Position numbers and translations under genes: made by a program | Shown here: piece by piece, positions 18,730 to 29,170 of the stretch | Position numbering within the stretch: the stretch's first letter is position 1 | Layout of the letters: every line of letters begins with the position of its first letter | The notes under the pieces: generated by a model | Told to the model about the DNA's origin: nothing | The model's database searches: none | Seen by the model: the letters and a program-made list of their open reading frames with translations, nothing else | IMG/VR virus record: IMGVR_UViG_3300043428_000132 | Location: 1 to 62,258 of that record | From: a virus | Taxonomy: Duplodnaviria > Caudoviricetes | Direction: 5' to 3' (one strand) | DNA length: 62,258 nt

Positions 18730-19715
18730 GCGAGAACTCACTGGTCGAGATCAGACCCACCTCGGCTCTCGAGGTGTTCACCACCCCCGAAAAGATCGAG
18801 GCCGTGCTGGCCCGTGTGGAGGCCAAGGCACGCAAGGAAGTGGTCGGCACGATCGACACGGCCAAGGGCCGCAAGGAGATCGCCAGCCTTGCCTACAAGG
18901 TGGCCCAGACCAAGACCTACATCGACACGGTGGGCAAGGACTTGGTGGCCGAGATGAAGGAACTGCCCAAGCAGATCGATGCCAGCCGCAAGGTGTTTCG
19001 AGAGCGCCTCGATGCCCTGCGGGACGAACTGCGTGCCCCGCTGGATGCGTGGGAAGCCGAGCAGGAGCGCATCGAGCGCGAGAAAGCCGAGGCCAAGGCC
19101 GCTGAAGAGGCCCGGGCCGCTCGGATCGCCGCCGACATAGCCGCCTTCATGGCTGCGCCCACCGTTGTGTTCGGCAAGAGCGCCAGCGCCATCGAGGCGC
19201 AGTTGAATGGGTTCGCCGGTATGCGGCCCATGCCCGAAGCCTTTGGCGATCGCTTGGAAGAGGCCACGCAAGTGTGGTCGACGGCCATCGAATCGCTTCG
19301 GGTGATGCTCGAGCAACGCAAGCAGATCGAGGCCTTCGAGCAAGAGCAGCGCGAGCGCGTCCTTGTGGCCGAGGCCGAAGAGCGTGCCCGCAAGGCTGCG
19401 GAGCAACAAGTGATCGACGCGAAGCTGGCCCAAGAGCGTGCCGAGCGTGAAAAGGTGGAGGCCGAGCAACGTGCCCACGTGGCCGCTGAGGAAGCCACCG
19501 CCCGAGAGCGTGCCCGGGCTTCGGAAGAGCAGCGCAAGGCCGATGCCGAGGCCGCAAAGCGTGCCGCCGACCTCGAGCACCGCAAGCGCGTGAACAACGC
19601 CGCCTTGAGCGATCTGCTCATCCAGAGCGGCCTCAGCCTCACCGTGGATCAGGGCAAAGCCTTGATCAAGGCGATCGCCAGCGGCAAGGTCGCGCACATC
19701 ACCATCAGCTACTGA
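18726..19715 (+). CDS. Phage coiled-coil protein
   Basis: KGRKEIASLAYKVAQTKTYID...LRDELRAPL..WE motif; long E/A/R coiled coil. Confidence 0.75.
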   Translation: MSENSLVEIRPTSALEVFTTPEKIEAVLARVEAKARKEVVGTIDTAKGRKEIASLAYKVAQTKTYIDTVGKDLVAEMKELPKQIDASRKVFRERLDALRDELRAPLDAWEAEQERIEREKAEAKAAEEARAARIAADIAAFMAAPTVVFGKSASAIEAQLNGFAGMRPMPEAFGDRLEEATQVWSTAIESLRVMLEQRKQIEAFEQEQRERVLVAEAEERARKAAEQQVIDAKLAQERAEREKVEAEQRAHVAAEEATARERARASEEQRKADAEAAKRAADLEHRKRVNNAALSDLLIQSGLSLTVDQGKALIKAIASGKVAHITISY

Positions 19716-19725
19716 AGGAGACACC

Positions 19726-20723
19726 ATGAAGCAAAGTCCATACACAACCCGTTCAGGCGTGAAGATTGGCCTCATGTATGAGCCGCCAAAGCGCTACGAA
19801 TCCAGCCACGACATGGATCGGTTGCAAACCGCTCTTCTGGGTGAGCACATCGGTGTGCGCCGGTTCCTGAGCGAATGGCGCGACTACATCTTGCTGTTGG
19901 TCGCGATCTTCGCGGCGTTCTTCGTCGCAAGCTGCACGGGGAGCCTTTGATGATCGGCACACGTTCGAGCTTCTATGACGACGACGGCCCAGATTACGAC
20001 CTCGAGGATGCACGCCAAGAGGCTCGGTTCGAGCGCCGCCGCCAAAACCTGCTCATGCGCTACCCAGACTGCCGCGACCCGGATCACCCGGGCTGCGAGT
20101 GCTGCGAAGAGGGGGACGAAGAATGAAGCGAACTCTTGTTGCCATCACCGCGATGGCACTCTTCGCATTGATGTGGTGGGCGATGATTTCTCTTGCCCAT
20201 CAGATTCAACCGGGACGAGGGCAAACCTACGACTGTTCGTTGGCCGAGTTCCACCCGGACTTCCCCACTGAAGTGCGGAAGAAGTGCAGGGAGATTCGCA
20301 AGGCGAGGCTGCTATGAATGAGTGGCAACTCGAGCAACTCAAGCGCGACGCCGCACGCTACAACTACGTGCGGACGATGAACCCTCGGGAGTTCAGCGCT
20401 TTGTGGGAAACGAATCTACGTGGGGGGTATCGATTCGATGAACTGGTCGATGCCCGGATCAATGAGCGGGAGAACGCATGGAATACCCAAAAGCGCTTCG
20501 GTGCCAGCTAAAGCACTATGAGGCCCACGGCTTCACGCCGGTGGAGGCAAAACCCAGATCGGGGTCGCACTGGCTGGTGCGCTTTGCCGAGTTCACCCAG
20601 CCTCAGATCGTCACCTGTTGCAAGACGGACTGGCGAGGCTGGAAGAACAACCTCGCCCGGTACCGCAGGCTGGCCTCTCAGGCCATGACCGGCTCGCCGA
20701 TGGACGCCAGCACCTTCTCGTAG
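19726..20723 (+). other. Five small coupled hypothetical genes: 19726-19950, 19950-20126, 20123-20317, 20314-20511, 20478-20723
   Basis: Tandem ORFs with RBS and stop-start overlaps; two have hydrophobic segments, one has a Cys/His cluster. Confidence 0.6.
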
Positions 20724-21397
20724 CGTGCCTTGCGGTCGGCCAAGCCGATCGTGCCGCCGTTGATCTTCTTGGTGAGCGCGGTGAAGTCATCGGCCATCGA
20801 TGCGCGGGTGCACTGCGGCCCGTCGATCAGCTTGTTGCAGGCGTTGGAGTACCAGAACCACGCCGCCGACCGTGCGGCGTACTCGGGTTGCAAAAGCAGA
20901 TCGGGCGAGGCCACCAGATCGGCGTTCAGCGCCTTGCCGCACCGTGTGTAGTTGTCCTTGCCGGTGAGTTGCTTCAGGCCCCGTCCACGGTACTTCCAGC
21001 CCTCTGCGCTTTCGGTAGGGCCGTTGCCCATGCGCGAGGCGTAGACCACGTTGGCGATCGCCTCGGGCTTGCGCTCGAGGGCCAGCGCGAACTTGTTGGG
21101 GATGTTCGCGCCCTTCTCCTTTTTCGGGCGCGTTTTCCCGGGCTTGGTGGGGTCGGGTTCCTGCACGGCGAAGCGGGCGGGCCAGCACACGGCCATCGTC
21201 GCGGCGCGGTAGTTTAGGTTCTCTTCGAGCATCGTGTACCCACCCGATTCGTGGGCGGTCTGAGCCAGCCACCCAGCCACGGCCTTGGGGCTGTCGATGT
21301 TGAACTCGGCGAGCGCCTTCACCACGTGAGGAAGCCAGCGCTCGGCCACCTCACGCTTGATGCCTGCGGCCATTAGGTGCTCGAGGGTCGGCGTCAT
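20678..21397 (-). CDS. Endolysin, glycoside hydrolase family 19
   Basis: LAQTAHESGG..LEENLNY, YRGRGLKQLTGKDNY and TKKINGG motifs. Confidence 0.92.
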   Translation of the reverse strand: MTPTLEHLMAAGIKREVAERWLPHVVKALAEFNIDSPKAVAGWLAQTAHESGGYTMLEENLNYRAATMAVCWPARFAVQEPDPTKPGKTRPKKEKGANIPNKFALALERKPEAIANVVYASRMGNGPTESAEGWKYRGRGLKQLTGKDNYTRCGKALNADLVASPDLLLQPEYAARSAAWFWYSNACNKLIDGPQCTRASMADDFTALTKKINGGTIGLADRKARYEKVLASIGEPVMA

Positions 21398-21870
21398 TTC
21401 TTGTCCTTGTTGCGGCTACCCAGCGAAGAGCCGAGCAGGAACTGGAACATCCCGGCCACGATGGTGCCGAGCAGAAATCCTTGGAAAGCGTCGGCGAAAC
21501 GCATTTGGCTCTCGGGGATCGGCACCCAGATCAGGCAGGGGATGATCGTGATCGCGAAAAGCGACCAGCACCCCATGAAGTAGTAGGCGAAGCGGCGCAC
21601 CAGCGGATCGTCGGAGTGCATCGCGGCAAGCTGCATGTTGCGAGCGCCGTCCATGTTCTTCTGATCCATTTCAGCCATGAACTCTTCGTGCTTGGCTGCG
21701 GCCTCATTCCACTTGGCGTAGTCCTCCTTGGTGGCTTCGCCTTCGGGCTTGAGCGTGATGCCCATCTTGTCCTGCACGTAGTCCACGCCCTTTTCAATCA
21801 CGGCGTCGGCTACCTTGGGCATTCCGTTGGCGATCAGCCCGGAAACGATCGATGCAATCATGGGGAGCAT
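21394..21870 (-). CDS. Holin-like membrane protein
   Basis: D..GAR.MQ motif then two TM helices, F.LGSS.GS end; adjacent to endolysin. Confidence 0.7.
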   Translation of the reverse strand: MLPMIASIVSGLIANGMPKVADAVIEKGVDYVQDKMGITLKPEGEATKEDYAKWNEAAAKHEEFMAEMDQKNMDGARNMQLAAMHSDDPLVRRFAYYFMGCWSLFAITIIPCLIWVPIPESQMRFADAFQGFLLGTIVAGMFQFLLGSSLGSRNKDKK

Positions 21871-22172
21871 TACTTGGCCTCCTTGGGTTCGTCTTGTTTG
21901 GCGGGTTCATCGCCCTTGGGCGGCAGCATCTCTTTGATGGCGTCCTTGCCCTTGATCGCGAGCAGGGTGCCCAGCGAGCCGAGGATGTACTTGCTCATGT
22001 CAGAAAGCAGAAAGAAAAACTGCTTGTCTGCGGGCGCGATGCCACTCATGGGCTGAGTGACGAACACCAGCGAGTACATCGAGAGAAACACCATGCCTGC
22101 GATCGTGAGGCAGAAGGTGATGGCGATGAAGAGCTTGATCTTCGATTCAACGTGCTCAGGGTTCCAGTTCAT
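21870..22172 (-). CDS. Two-TM membrane protein
   Basis: Start MNWNPEH with RBS; two hydrophobic helices. Confidence 0.7.
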   Translation of the reverse strand: MNWNPEHVESKIKLFIAITFCLTIAGMVFLSMYSLVFVTQPMSGIAPADKQFFFLLSDMSKYILGSLGTLLAIKGKDAIKEMLPPKGDEPAKQDEPKEAK

Positions 22173-22495
22173 CGGATTTCCCCTTTCAGTTCTTCGGGTT
22201 TGTAGAGTTGGTCGGGGCAGGTTTGCGTGGCGGTGCACAGAGGGCGCTTGCACTCTTCACGCTCCCAGTTCTTCGGGTCTTGGCAGGGGTAGCGATAACG
22301 CTCTTGGCAGGCTGCGAGGGATGCGAACACCAGCATGAGCGTGACGCCCACGGCGGCGGCGACGATCCAGCGAATCACGCGCTCGAGGGCGTACTCGAAG
22401 CCCGCATAGAAGCAGCGGCGCATGAGCGGCGTGGCCGGGTAGCCGTCCTTGTTCTGGCTCCACCAGTGGTTGAAATCTTCCTCGTTTGCTTTCAT
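22169..22495 (-). CDS. Cys-rich lipoprotein-like protein
   Basis: Hydrophobic stretch then LAAC lipobox; RYRYPCQDP..W...EC..P.C....CP. Confidence 0.65.
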   Translation of the reverse strand: MKANEEDFNHWWSQNKDGYPATPLMRRCFYAGFEYALERVIRWIVAAAVGVTLMLVFASLAACQERYRYPCQDPKNWEREECKRPLCTATQTCPDQLYKPEELKGEIR

Positions 22496-23043
22496 CACTT
22501 GCCTTTCAATGATCCCGCCCCGATGGAGTCGATCGCGTTCCACTGCGAGTCCACATCCTTCTTCAACGAGGCCATGTCTTTCTGCACGCCCACCATGCTT
22601 TCGCGCAGGCCCTGCACATCGCGGGTGAACACCTGTACGCCATCGACGGATGTTTTCAACGTGGCGATTGCGCCTTGAATTTTCGACACATCGTTGGCTT
22701 CCATGAGCCTTGAGATGGACTGCACATCGCTCGAGAGACGGCCCACGATCGCTTGATTGTCGGCCACGGCCTGCGAGAGGTTCGTCTGCGCGTTTTCAAG
22801 CTGGCTCACCTGTTCGATGAGCTTCACCAGCGGCTCGCCGTCGGGCATCTTGATGCTGTCCACGCGCTTGATCAGCGCTTGGTACTCGCCCCACACCTGC
22901 CCTGCGGCGTAGATCGAGCCGCCCACCGCAGACACGGCAGCGGCGAACCAAACGATGTAGGCACCCTTCAGATTGACCCCGCCCACCTTCAGTTCGGTGG
23001 AGGCGAGATCGATCTTGTCCGTGGGTTTGTTCTCGTCAGCCAT
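22495..23043 (-). CDS. Membrane-anchored coiled-coil protein (i-spanin-like architecture)
   Basis: N-terminal TM then long heptad coiled coil. Confidence 0.6.
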   Translation of the reverse strand: MADENKPTDKIDLASTELKVGGVNLKGAYIVWFAAAVSAVGGSIYAAGQVWGEYQALIKRVDSIKMPDGEPLVKLIEQVSQLENAQTNLSQAVADNQAIVGRLSSDVQSISRLMEANDVSKIQGAIATLKTSVDGVQVFTRDVQGLRESMVGVQKDMASLKKDVDSQWNAIDSIGAGSLKGK

Positions 23044-23861
23044 CAGCGGAACGGATTGACCACGCTTGTGTAGAAGGCGTTGCTGCCCTGCGTGAACTGG
23101 TTGAGCATCCCCTCTTGGGTGATCTGCAAGCCGTCGGCCCAAGCGAGCGTGATCGCGGTGTTGGAGTAGGCCGCAGTGGTTGTCACGTAGTTCAAGTCCT
23201 TGGCGTAGGTGTTCACGAAGTTGTCCACGTTCGTGGTGAGCGTCACGTTCTGCGCGGCACGCATGAACAAAGCGGCTTGCGAGGCGTAGCTGTTCACGTT
23301 CGCCAAGCTGGTGTTGTAGGCGCTCACCTGCTGAGTGGTCACATCGGTGCTCAGGCCTGCGTTCAGGATCGCCGTCTGCGTGGCTCGAGCGGTGGGCACA
23401 TCGGTGATCGAGTTCACCATCTGGTTCACCGTCACCACCTTTTGCAGGTCGACGGTGGCAGCGGCAAGATCAGAGATCGAGGTTCGCATCGAGGCCAAGT
23501 TGTTCGAGGCCTGCGTCTCGAAGTATTGGCGCGAGCCGTTGAAGTTGGTCGTGTTGAAGGCGCGTGCGGCGGTGTTGTACGTCGTGCGCTGGCCTTCACT
23601 GATAGCGGCGGTCTGCCATGCGGTTGGGTCAACGATCGTGCCGGTGGAGGCGGCGGTCGAGAGCGAGGTGCTGTAACGCGCACCGAGGCTCAGTTGCCCC
23701 TTGATGGTGTCACTTGCGCTGCTCAGGTTGTTGACCACCTGCCGCTGGTTCGGCAGAAGCGTTTGAGCGCTTGCTGGCGCGATAGCGGTCAGAAAGAGAG
23801 CCGCCGTCATCAGCGCGAACGCCAGAAGAGAGCGAAATGGGTTTGAGCGGTTGGATCGCAT
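23043..23861 (-). CDS. Secreted helical Thr/Ala/Asn-rich protein
   Basis: Signal peptide ending ASA-Q. Confidence 0.65.
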   Translation of the reverse strand: MRSNRSNPFRSLLAFALMTAALFLTAIAPASAQTLLPNQRQVVNNLSSASDTIKGQLSLGARYSTSLSTAASTGTIVDPTAWQTAAISEGQRTTYNTAARAFNTTNFNGSRQYFETQASNNLASMRTSISDLAAATVDLQKVVTVNQMVNSITDVPTARATQTAILNAGLSTDVTTQQVSAYNTSLANVNSYASQAALFMRAAQNVTLTTNVDNFVNTYAKDLNYVTTTAAYSNTAITLAWADGLQITQEGMLNQFTQGSNAFYTSVVNPFR

Positions 23862-24372
23862 AGTCGGGCCTCGATTCGGGGTTTTGTTGCCAAAGCAAAG
23901 TAGCTTGCTTCCCGATTGCCCCAAGGTAGGGGCACGGTGTTCCAGCCATTGCCATCGCTTGGAACACCCGGGGGTCTTGGCACAAGGTCGCGACTGCGGC
24001 CACCTTCAAGCCAAACTCGTTGAGTGTTTTGGCGAGCTTCAGTAGCTCGCACTGGTCGTCACGCTTGTACGTGCCGCCACTGATCCCGATTATCGAACTA
24101 CTGACTGCGCCGGAGACCCCAAGCAGGCAGCTATCGGAGCCTCCCCCCATGTACGCCGGAGCCATTGCCGTGGGTGGCGGCGTGTGGTTGCCCGGGGCGT
24201 TGCCGTTGTACGTGTTCGTCGTGCTGTTGACGGGGTTGTTCGAGTTACTGTTGTTCGTGATGTTGCTGCCCTGCTGATTGGTGGAGAGGTTGTCCACCGT
24301 TGCGCTGTTCTGGGCGTAAGTTGTCCCTGTCGCGATCGCGACGGCGCAAAAAAGCAGTGCTCTGGGCCACAT
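23710..24372 (-). CDS. Secreted Cys-containing protein
   Basis: Signal peptide MWPRALLF..TYA-Q; Asn-rich linker; PPPTA.AP..DSC...CE.LKL...LCQD..V..AM...GTPCP. Confidence 0.7.
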   Translation of the reverse strand: MWPRALLFCAVAIATGTTYAQNSATVDNLSTNQQGSNITNNSNSNNPVNSTTNTYNGNAPGNHTPPPTAMAPAYMGGGSDSCLLGVSGAVSSSIIGISGGTYKRDDQCELLKLAKTLNEFGLKVAAVATLCQDPRVFQAMAMAGTPCPYLGAIGKQATLLWQQNPESRPDYAIQPLKPISLSSGVRADDGGSLSDRYRASKRSNASAEPAAGGQQPEQRK

Positions 24373-24608
24373 CAGCGGCCATTGAAGAACGGCAGGAATT
24401 TGGCGATCATGCCCCCGGCAGCGGCAGACGCCCCGGCGATCCACATCATGGTTCGCCAGCCACCCTTCGCTTCGGAAAGCGTGTTGCTGATCTGCTCGAG
24501 CTTTTCAAACACTCGGCGAAGATCAGCCTTCATCTCTTGCATGTCACGTTCGAGGGCTTCGATTTGGGCGTCGTGCTTTCCGAGATCGCGTTGGAGTTCA
24601 GCGGTCAT
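24372..24608 (-). CDS. Small coiled-coil + C-terminal TM protein (holin/XhlA-like)
   Basis: Coiled coil followed by KGGW and a hydrophobic helix. Confidence 0.6.
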   Translation of the reverse strand: MTAELQRDLGKHDAQIEALERDMQEMKADLRRVFEKLEQISNTLSEAKGGWRTMMWIAGASAAAGGMIAKFLPFFNGR

Positions 24609-24621
24609 GCTGCTGGGCCTT

Positions 24622-27198
24622 TCATGCTGCTTTGAGTTCAAGTTCTTTGAGTCGTGCCTCCAGTTGGATCACGCGCTGGGAGAGGGCTACGGCTGCGGCA
24701 AGCGCCACGTTGCCGTAGGCCACGGAGAGGTTGCCTTGGGCATCACGAAGGACGCCTTCTGCTGCCACGCCTTCGAGCGATTGTGCCGAAACACCGATCT
24801 GGCGAAGGCCGTTGTCGATACGGGTGTAGAGGCCGGACTTCACGACGGCGAGGCGCTCCACGAAATCGTGAGCCAGATCGGCCCAGTCGGTCTTCAGGCG
24901 CTCATCGGAGTATGCGGTGACGTTGCCGTTGGCCGTGAAGTTTCCAGAGCCATCCAATGTGGCGCGTGAAACCATTGAGTCCGAACTGCGAACCCAGAAA
25001 CTCATGGTGGCAGCGATGTAGTCAGCGGTGACGGGCGTAGCGTAGATCGCCGCCACATCCTTTACCGTGCCTACGGTGTCGGTGGCTTGCAGGCCAAGAG
25101 CGACCGCCTTGGTTGTGTTGTTTGCGCTGCTGGTGTTGCGGGCAATGATCGGAACGCCACCTGTGGTACTTGATGTGAGGCCCAAGTGCAGGGTCGCGTT
25201 CAGCGTGCCGGTGCTCGGGTTGAAGGACAGGCTGCTGCTGCTGATCTTTGCGGCTGTGCCGCTACTGGTGCCGGTAGCCCAGAGCGGATACACCAGCGCG
25301 TTCGTTGTCGTATCGTTGGCGACGACGATCGTTGAAGCCGCTGTTGCCGTCGCGGCGTTGCCACTCACTGAAATGCCCCATGTGCCGGAGGCACCGGAGC
25401 CGGTCAGCGATGGCGAATAGTTTGTGAAGTTGCCAGAGTTCACCCCCACCGACCACGGTTGCCAGTCTGCGGCGTTGTACTTGGCCCGAGTCCAGATCGT
25501 GACGGGACTGGTGTGGGTGTAATACTGCTGAACCACGATGTTTCCATTCGTGGAGATCACAAGCTGGCCGTATGGGTATGCGGACGAAGGCGTGTTTGCG
25601 CCGGTAAACGAGGCCGCGCCGATTGAATAAATGCCCGCTGTTGTGAGCGTGTTCCAATCGACCGCCGATGATGCCCCACCTTTATCAAGCAGAACCGCGC
25701 TTGTGGTGTAGACGCCGTTCGTTACCGTGCCCGCATTCCCACTGATCGACCCACTGCTTGTGATGTAGCCGTTCGGGTTCGTCGCGTTGTACGGGGTGTA
25801 GCCCAGCGCCGTGGTCACATCGCTCGAGGTGAGCGTGACGGCCCCTGTGCGGGTGTTGAAACTGGTGACGCCACCGGCCGAGCCGCTCGAGGCTGCGGTG
25901 ATGCGTCCTTGGGCATCGACCGTGATGCTGGCGTTGGTGTAGCTGCCAGCGGTCACCGTGGTGTTTGCCAGCGCGATCGTGCCGCTGGTTACGATCGTGC
26001 CGCCCGACAAGCCGGTGCCAGCCGTAATGCCGGTCACCGTGCCGGTAGTGCTCGAGGTGCCAGCGCCGATGGCGGTGCGGAATGTGGCCGCATCCAATGC
26101 GCTCACGCTGTTGTCGGCATTGATGCGCGGGAAGCTGATCGCTGCGACGTTTGCCAGCGTGAACAGGTTCGAGCCGAGCGTGGTTGCGCCAAGATTCGTG
26201 CGTGCTGCTGCTGCTGTCGTGGCTCCCGTGCCCCCGTTTGCAATAGCCACGGTTCCGCTCACGTTGGCGGCGGTTCCGGCGCTGGTGATGTATCCCGACG
26301 GGTTTGTGCTGTTGTACGGCGTGAAGCCGAGGCCCGTGGTGATCTGGCTCGAGGTGAGCGTGCCGCCGTAGGTGCCGGTGATCGAGGCTGCGCTACCCGT
26401 GATCGAGATGCCCCAGCTACCCGAAGCCCCGGTGCCCGTCAGAGTGGGGGCGTAGCTGTTGAAATTGCCGGAATGCAGAATTGTCCGCAGCGAGTTCCAA
26501 GTGCTTCCAATGCCGCTGCGTAAGTAGAATGTTTCGGGCGCAGAGGTCGAGGAAGGCCCAAGAAGCTGCCACGACGCATAGGTGCCAGCCGTCCAGCCAG
26601 TAAAGCTGACGCCAGATACCCAATCCCCTGTGATCTGGTTGGTGAACTCGTACATCGCCCGGTAGCTGGAATAGCCACTGGGGAGAATCTGAGCGGCGCG
26701 AGTATCCTGAATTTCGCTCAGGCGAGCCGAGCCTGTGATAGAGCCGCTGCTGGTGATGAACCCGCTCGGGTTGCTCGCAGCGTAGGCACCAAGCGCGGTC
26801 AGTGCTCCCGCTGCCGTCGTGGCCCCTGTGCCGCCGTTTGCGATCGCCAGAGTTCCAGCCAGCGTGATCGTGCCGCTCGTGGTGATCGGCCCGCCCGAGG
26901 TCGTGAGGCCCGTTGTGCCACCCGAGAGCGCCACTGAAGTAACGGTGCCTGATCCCGCTGCCGACGGCACGAACTGCGTGCCGTTCCATGAGATCGAGTT
27001 GCCGGTGGCGAGGCCGGTCATGTTCACATCGCCCAACGCCGAAAGCAGGCCCGCGCCTACTTGAACGACGGCGGTGCCGTTGTTGATGTAAATCTTGCGG
27101 TCGGCCATGTTGACGCCGAGTTCGCCGGAGGCGAGATCGGTCGTCGTTGGCACCTTCGCTGCGGTAGCCGAGCGCTTCGGCTTGAGGACGTTTGCCAT
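24622..27198 (-). CDS. Fibre protein with C-terminal S74 intramolecular chaperone
   Basis: KRS..A.KVP...L..GELGVN anchor; [11 protein letters not shown] repeats; AYSDERLK. Confidence 0.85.
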   Translation of the reverse strand: MANVLKPKRSATAAKVPTTTDLASGELGVNMADRKIYINNGTAVVQVGAGLLSALGDVNMTGLATGNSISWNGTQFVPSAAGSGTVTSVALSGGTTGLTTSGGPITTSGTITLAGTLAIANGGTGATTAAGALTALGAYAASNPSGFITSSGSITGSARLSEIQDTRAAQILPSGYSSYRAMYEFTNQITGDWVSGVSFTGWTAGTYASWQLLGPSSTSAPETFYLRSGIGSTWNSLRTILHSGNFNSYAPTLTGTGASGSWGISITGSAASITGTYGGTLTSSQITTGLGFTPYNSTNPSGYITSAGTAANVSGTVAIANGGTGATTAAAARTNLGATTLGSNLFTLANVAAISFPRINADNSVSALDAATFRTAIGAGTSSTTGTVTGITAGTGLSGGTIVTSGTIALANTTVTAGSYTNASITVDAQGRITAASSGSAGGVTSFNTRTGAVTLTSSDVTTALGYTPYNATNPNGYITSSGSISGNAGTVTNGVYTTSAVLLDKGGASSAVDWNTLTTAGIYSIGAASFTGANTPSSAYPYGQLVISTNGNIVVQQYYTHTSPVTIWTRAKYNAADWQPWSVGVNSGNFTNYSPSLTGSGASGTWGISVSGNAATATAASTIVVANDTTTNALVYPLWATGTSSGTAAKISSSSLSFNPSTGTLNATLHLGLTSSTTGGVPIIARNTSSANNTTKAVALGLQATDTVGTVKDVAAIYATPVTADYIAATMSFWVRSSDSMVSRATLDGSGNFTANGNVTAYSDERLKTDWADLAHDFVERLAVVKSGLYTRIDNGLRQIGVSAQSLEGVAAEGVLRDAQGNLSVAYGNVALAAAVALSQRVIQLEARLKELELKAA

Positions 27199-27212
27199 GA
27201 GTATCTACCCAG

Positions 27213-27241
27213 AAAAAACCCCGGACATGTGCCGGGGGGTT
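27213..27241 (-). terminator. Rho-independent terminator between fibre genes
   Basis: CCCCGG stem then TTTTTT on minus strand. Confidence 0.6.
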
Positions 27242-27245
27242 GAAC

Positions 27246-28850
27246 TTAGAACGTGCCGCCGTCGATGGTGATGCCATCGAAAGTGGTGAGGTTCGTGATC
27301 GAGCCACCTGTGATCGAAACGCCCGATGCGGCCTGAGTGGACATGGTGCCCAGCCCGGTGATATCGGTGTTCGGGATCGTCGCCGACGCCGTGAACGCGC
27401 TGGTGCCGTTGCCCTTGAGGTAGCCGGTGAGCGAGGTAGCGCCCGAGCCGCCGTTGGCAACTGCGATCGTGGTGCCGTTCCAAGTGCCGGTCGTGATCGT
27501 GCCCAGCGTGGTGATGCTGGTTTGGCCCACGTAGTTCGAGGCGATATCGATGCCGCCTGCGCCCACGGTGATGCGGTTGGCGGTGCCCACTGCGGCGAAC
27601 GTGCTGCCGGTGAGGCTCAGGCCGTTGCCAGCGAGGTAACTGCCAGCACCCGAGAACTGAGCGAACGTGACGTTCGTGGTGCCCAGCGTGCCGCCCTGAT
27701 CGACCGTGCACACCCAGCCGGTGTCGCCGTTGACGGTGCCTTGCTCCACGAACACAAAGCCCGAGATCAACTCGGCCCATGCGTCGTTATCGGTTGCGCG
27801 TGTCCATGCCGAGGCCGAGGCCACGTAGATGCCGTTTTGGCTCGCAGTGGTCTGGTTCTTCACCAGCACGCGATCGCCAGCGATCACGGAGATGCCGTCG
27901 ATCGTTTGCGTGGCCGACAACGTGATGTTGGCCGTGGTGGCGACCTTCACGGATGCCTTCACATCGAGGCCTTGGGCCACGCTGTCCACGTAGTTCTTCG
28001 TGGCGGCGTCCTGTGCGCCGACTGGATCGGCCACGTTGGTGATCTTGAAGCCACCGTTGGAGATATCGGCGATCGGTGCAGTGATATCGCTGCGGCTCGC
28101 CGTAGCGCCCACCGTAACCCGGCCCTTGGCGTCCACCGTTACCTTGGTGTAAGTGCCAGCGGTGACGCCGCTCGCGGCCAAGGTGAGCGCGATGCTTGTG
28201 GTACCGGAGCCAGTGGCATCACCCGTGACGGAGATCGACTGGTTGGCGGTGAGGTAGGTGGCGGTGTCCAGCGTCCACGTGTTGGCTGCGGTTTTCCGCA
28301 GGAAGCCAGTGGTGCCAGCCAGCGCGGCGATCGCATCCAGATCGCCATCCCAAGCCTGCACGTTCGTGCCGATGGCAAGGCCCAAGTTCGTGCGGGCCGT
28401 GGCCGCATCGGTGGCACCTGTACCGCCGTTGGCGACCGTGAGGGCCGCGCCCGACCAGTTGCCGTTGTTGATGCTCGAGAGCGTCGCCAGCGTGCCGAGG
28501 CCGAGGTTCGTGCGTGCGGCAGCGGCTGTGGTTGCGCCAGTACCGCCGTTGGCGATGGCGACGGTGCCCGTTACGTTGGCAGCGTTGCCCGAGATATCGC
28601 CGCTGATCTTGGAGCCAGCCAGCGAGGTGATGAAGGAGGGGTTCGCATAGCTGCCACCCAACTGCACCGCCCAGCCGGAGCCAGCGATGGCTTTGACGAC
28701 CGTTGCGCTGCCGCCCGAGCCACCCGTGCCGTAGCCGTAGTAGAGGACGTCATCCTGTTCGTTGTAGGCCAGTTCGGCGTTCGCCAGTGAAGCCGGAGCG
28801 CCTGCTGCGCCACCTGCGGCGCGTCGTTTGATTCGAAGCGTGTTTGCCAT
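27246..28850 (-). CDS. Fibre protein, 534 aa
   Basis: IKRR..P.SL..AELAYNE anchor; DAATKNYVD; [17 protein letters not shown]; IDGGTF end. Confidence 0.85.
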   Translation of the reverse strand: MANTLRIKRRAAGGAAGAPASLANAELAYNEQDDVLYYGYGTGGSGGSATVVKAIAGSGWAVQLGGSYANPSFITSLAGSKISGDISGNAANVTGTVAIANGGTGATTAAAARTNLGLGTLATLSSINNGNWSGAALTVANGGTGATDAATARTNLGLAIGTNVQAWDGDLDAIAALAGTTGFLRKTAANTWTLDTATYLTANQSISVTGDATGSGTTSIALTLAASGVTAGTYTKVTVDAKGRVTVGATASRSDITAPIADISNGGFKITNVADPVGAQDAATKNYVDSVAQGLDVKASVKVATTANITLSATQTIDGISVIAGDRVLVKNQTTASQNGIYVASASAWTRATDNDAWAELISGFVFVEQGTVNGDTGWVCTVDQGGTLGTTNVTFAQFSGAGSYLAGNGLSLTGSTFAAVGTANRITVGAGGIDIASNYVGQTSITTLGTITTGTWNGTTIAVANGGSGATSLTGYLKGNGTSAFTASATIPNTDITGLGTMSTQAASGVSITGGSITNLTTFDGITIDGGTF

Positions 28851-29167
28851 CAGAAATTACCTCCATCGGTGAGATTGGCTTGCGGGTTGTTCACCCATTG
28901 GTTGCTTGAAAAGGCAAGAACGTCGCCGTTCGCAGGGGTGCCGTTCAACTGAATCGGGTAAGCCCCGATCGTGTTCGGCCCGGGATCACCTTGATCGCCC
29001 TTGTTGCCCTGATCGCCTTTGTCGCCCTTTGGGCCGCTTGCAGCCAAACCCGTTTCAATCGAAATCGTGCTGGCGATCACAGTCACATCGACGGAGGAAC
29101 CCGCCCACGTTTCCGTGATCTCGATGGAGGATGTAGTCCAGTTCTGCTCGATGGTGATGCTGTCCAT
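28850..29167 (-). CDS. Short collagen-like fibre adaptor
   Basis: [20 protein letters not shown]; LTDGGNF end. Confidence 0.75.
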   Translation of the reverse strand: MDSITIEQNWTTSSIEITETWAGSSVDVTVIASTISIETGLAASGPKGDKGDQGNKGDQGDPGPNTIGAYPIQLNGTPANGDVLAFSSNQWVNNPQANLTDGGNF

Positions 29168-29170
29168 GCC

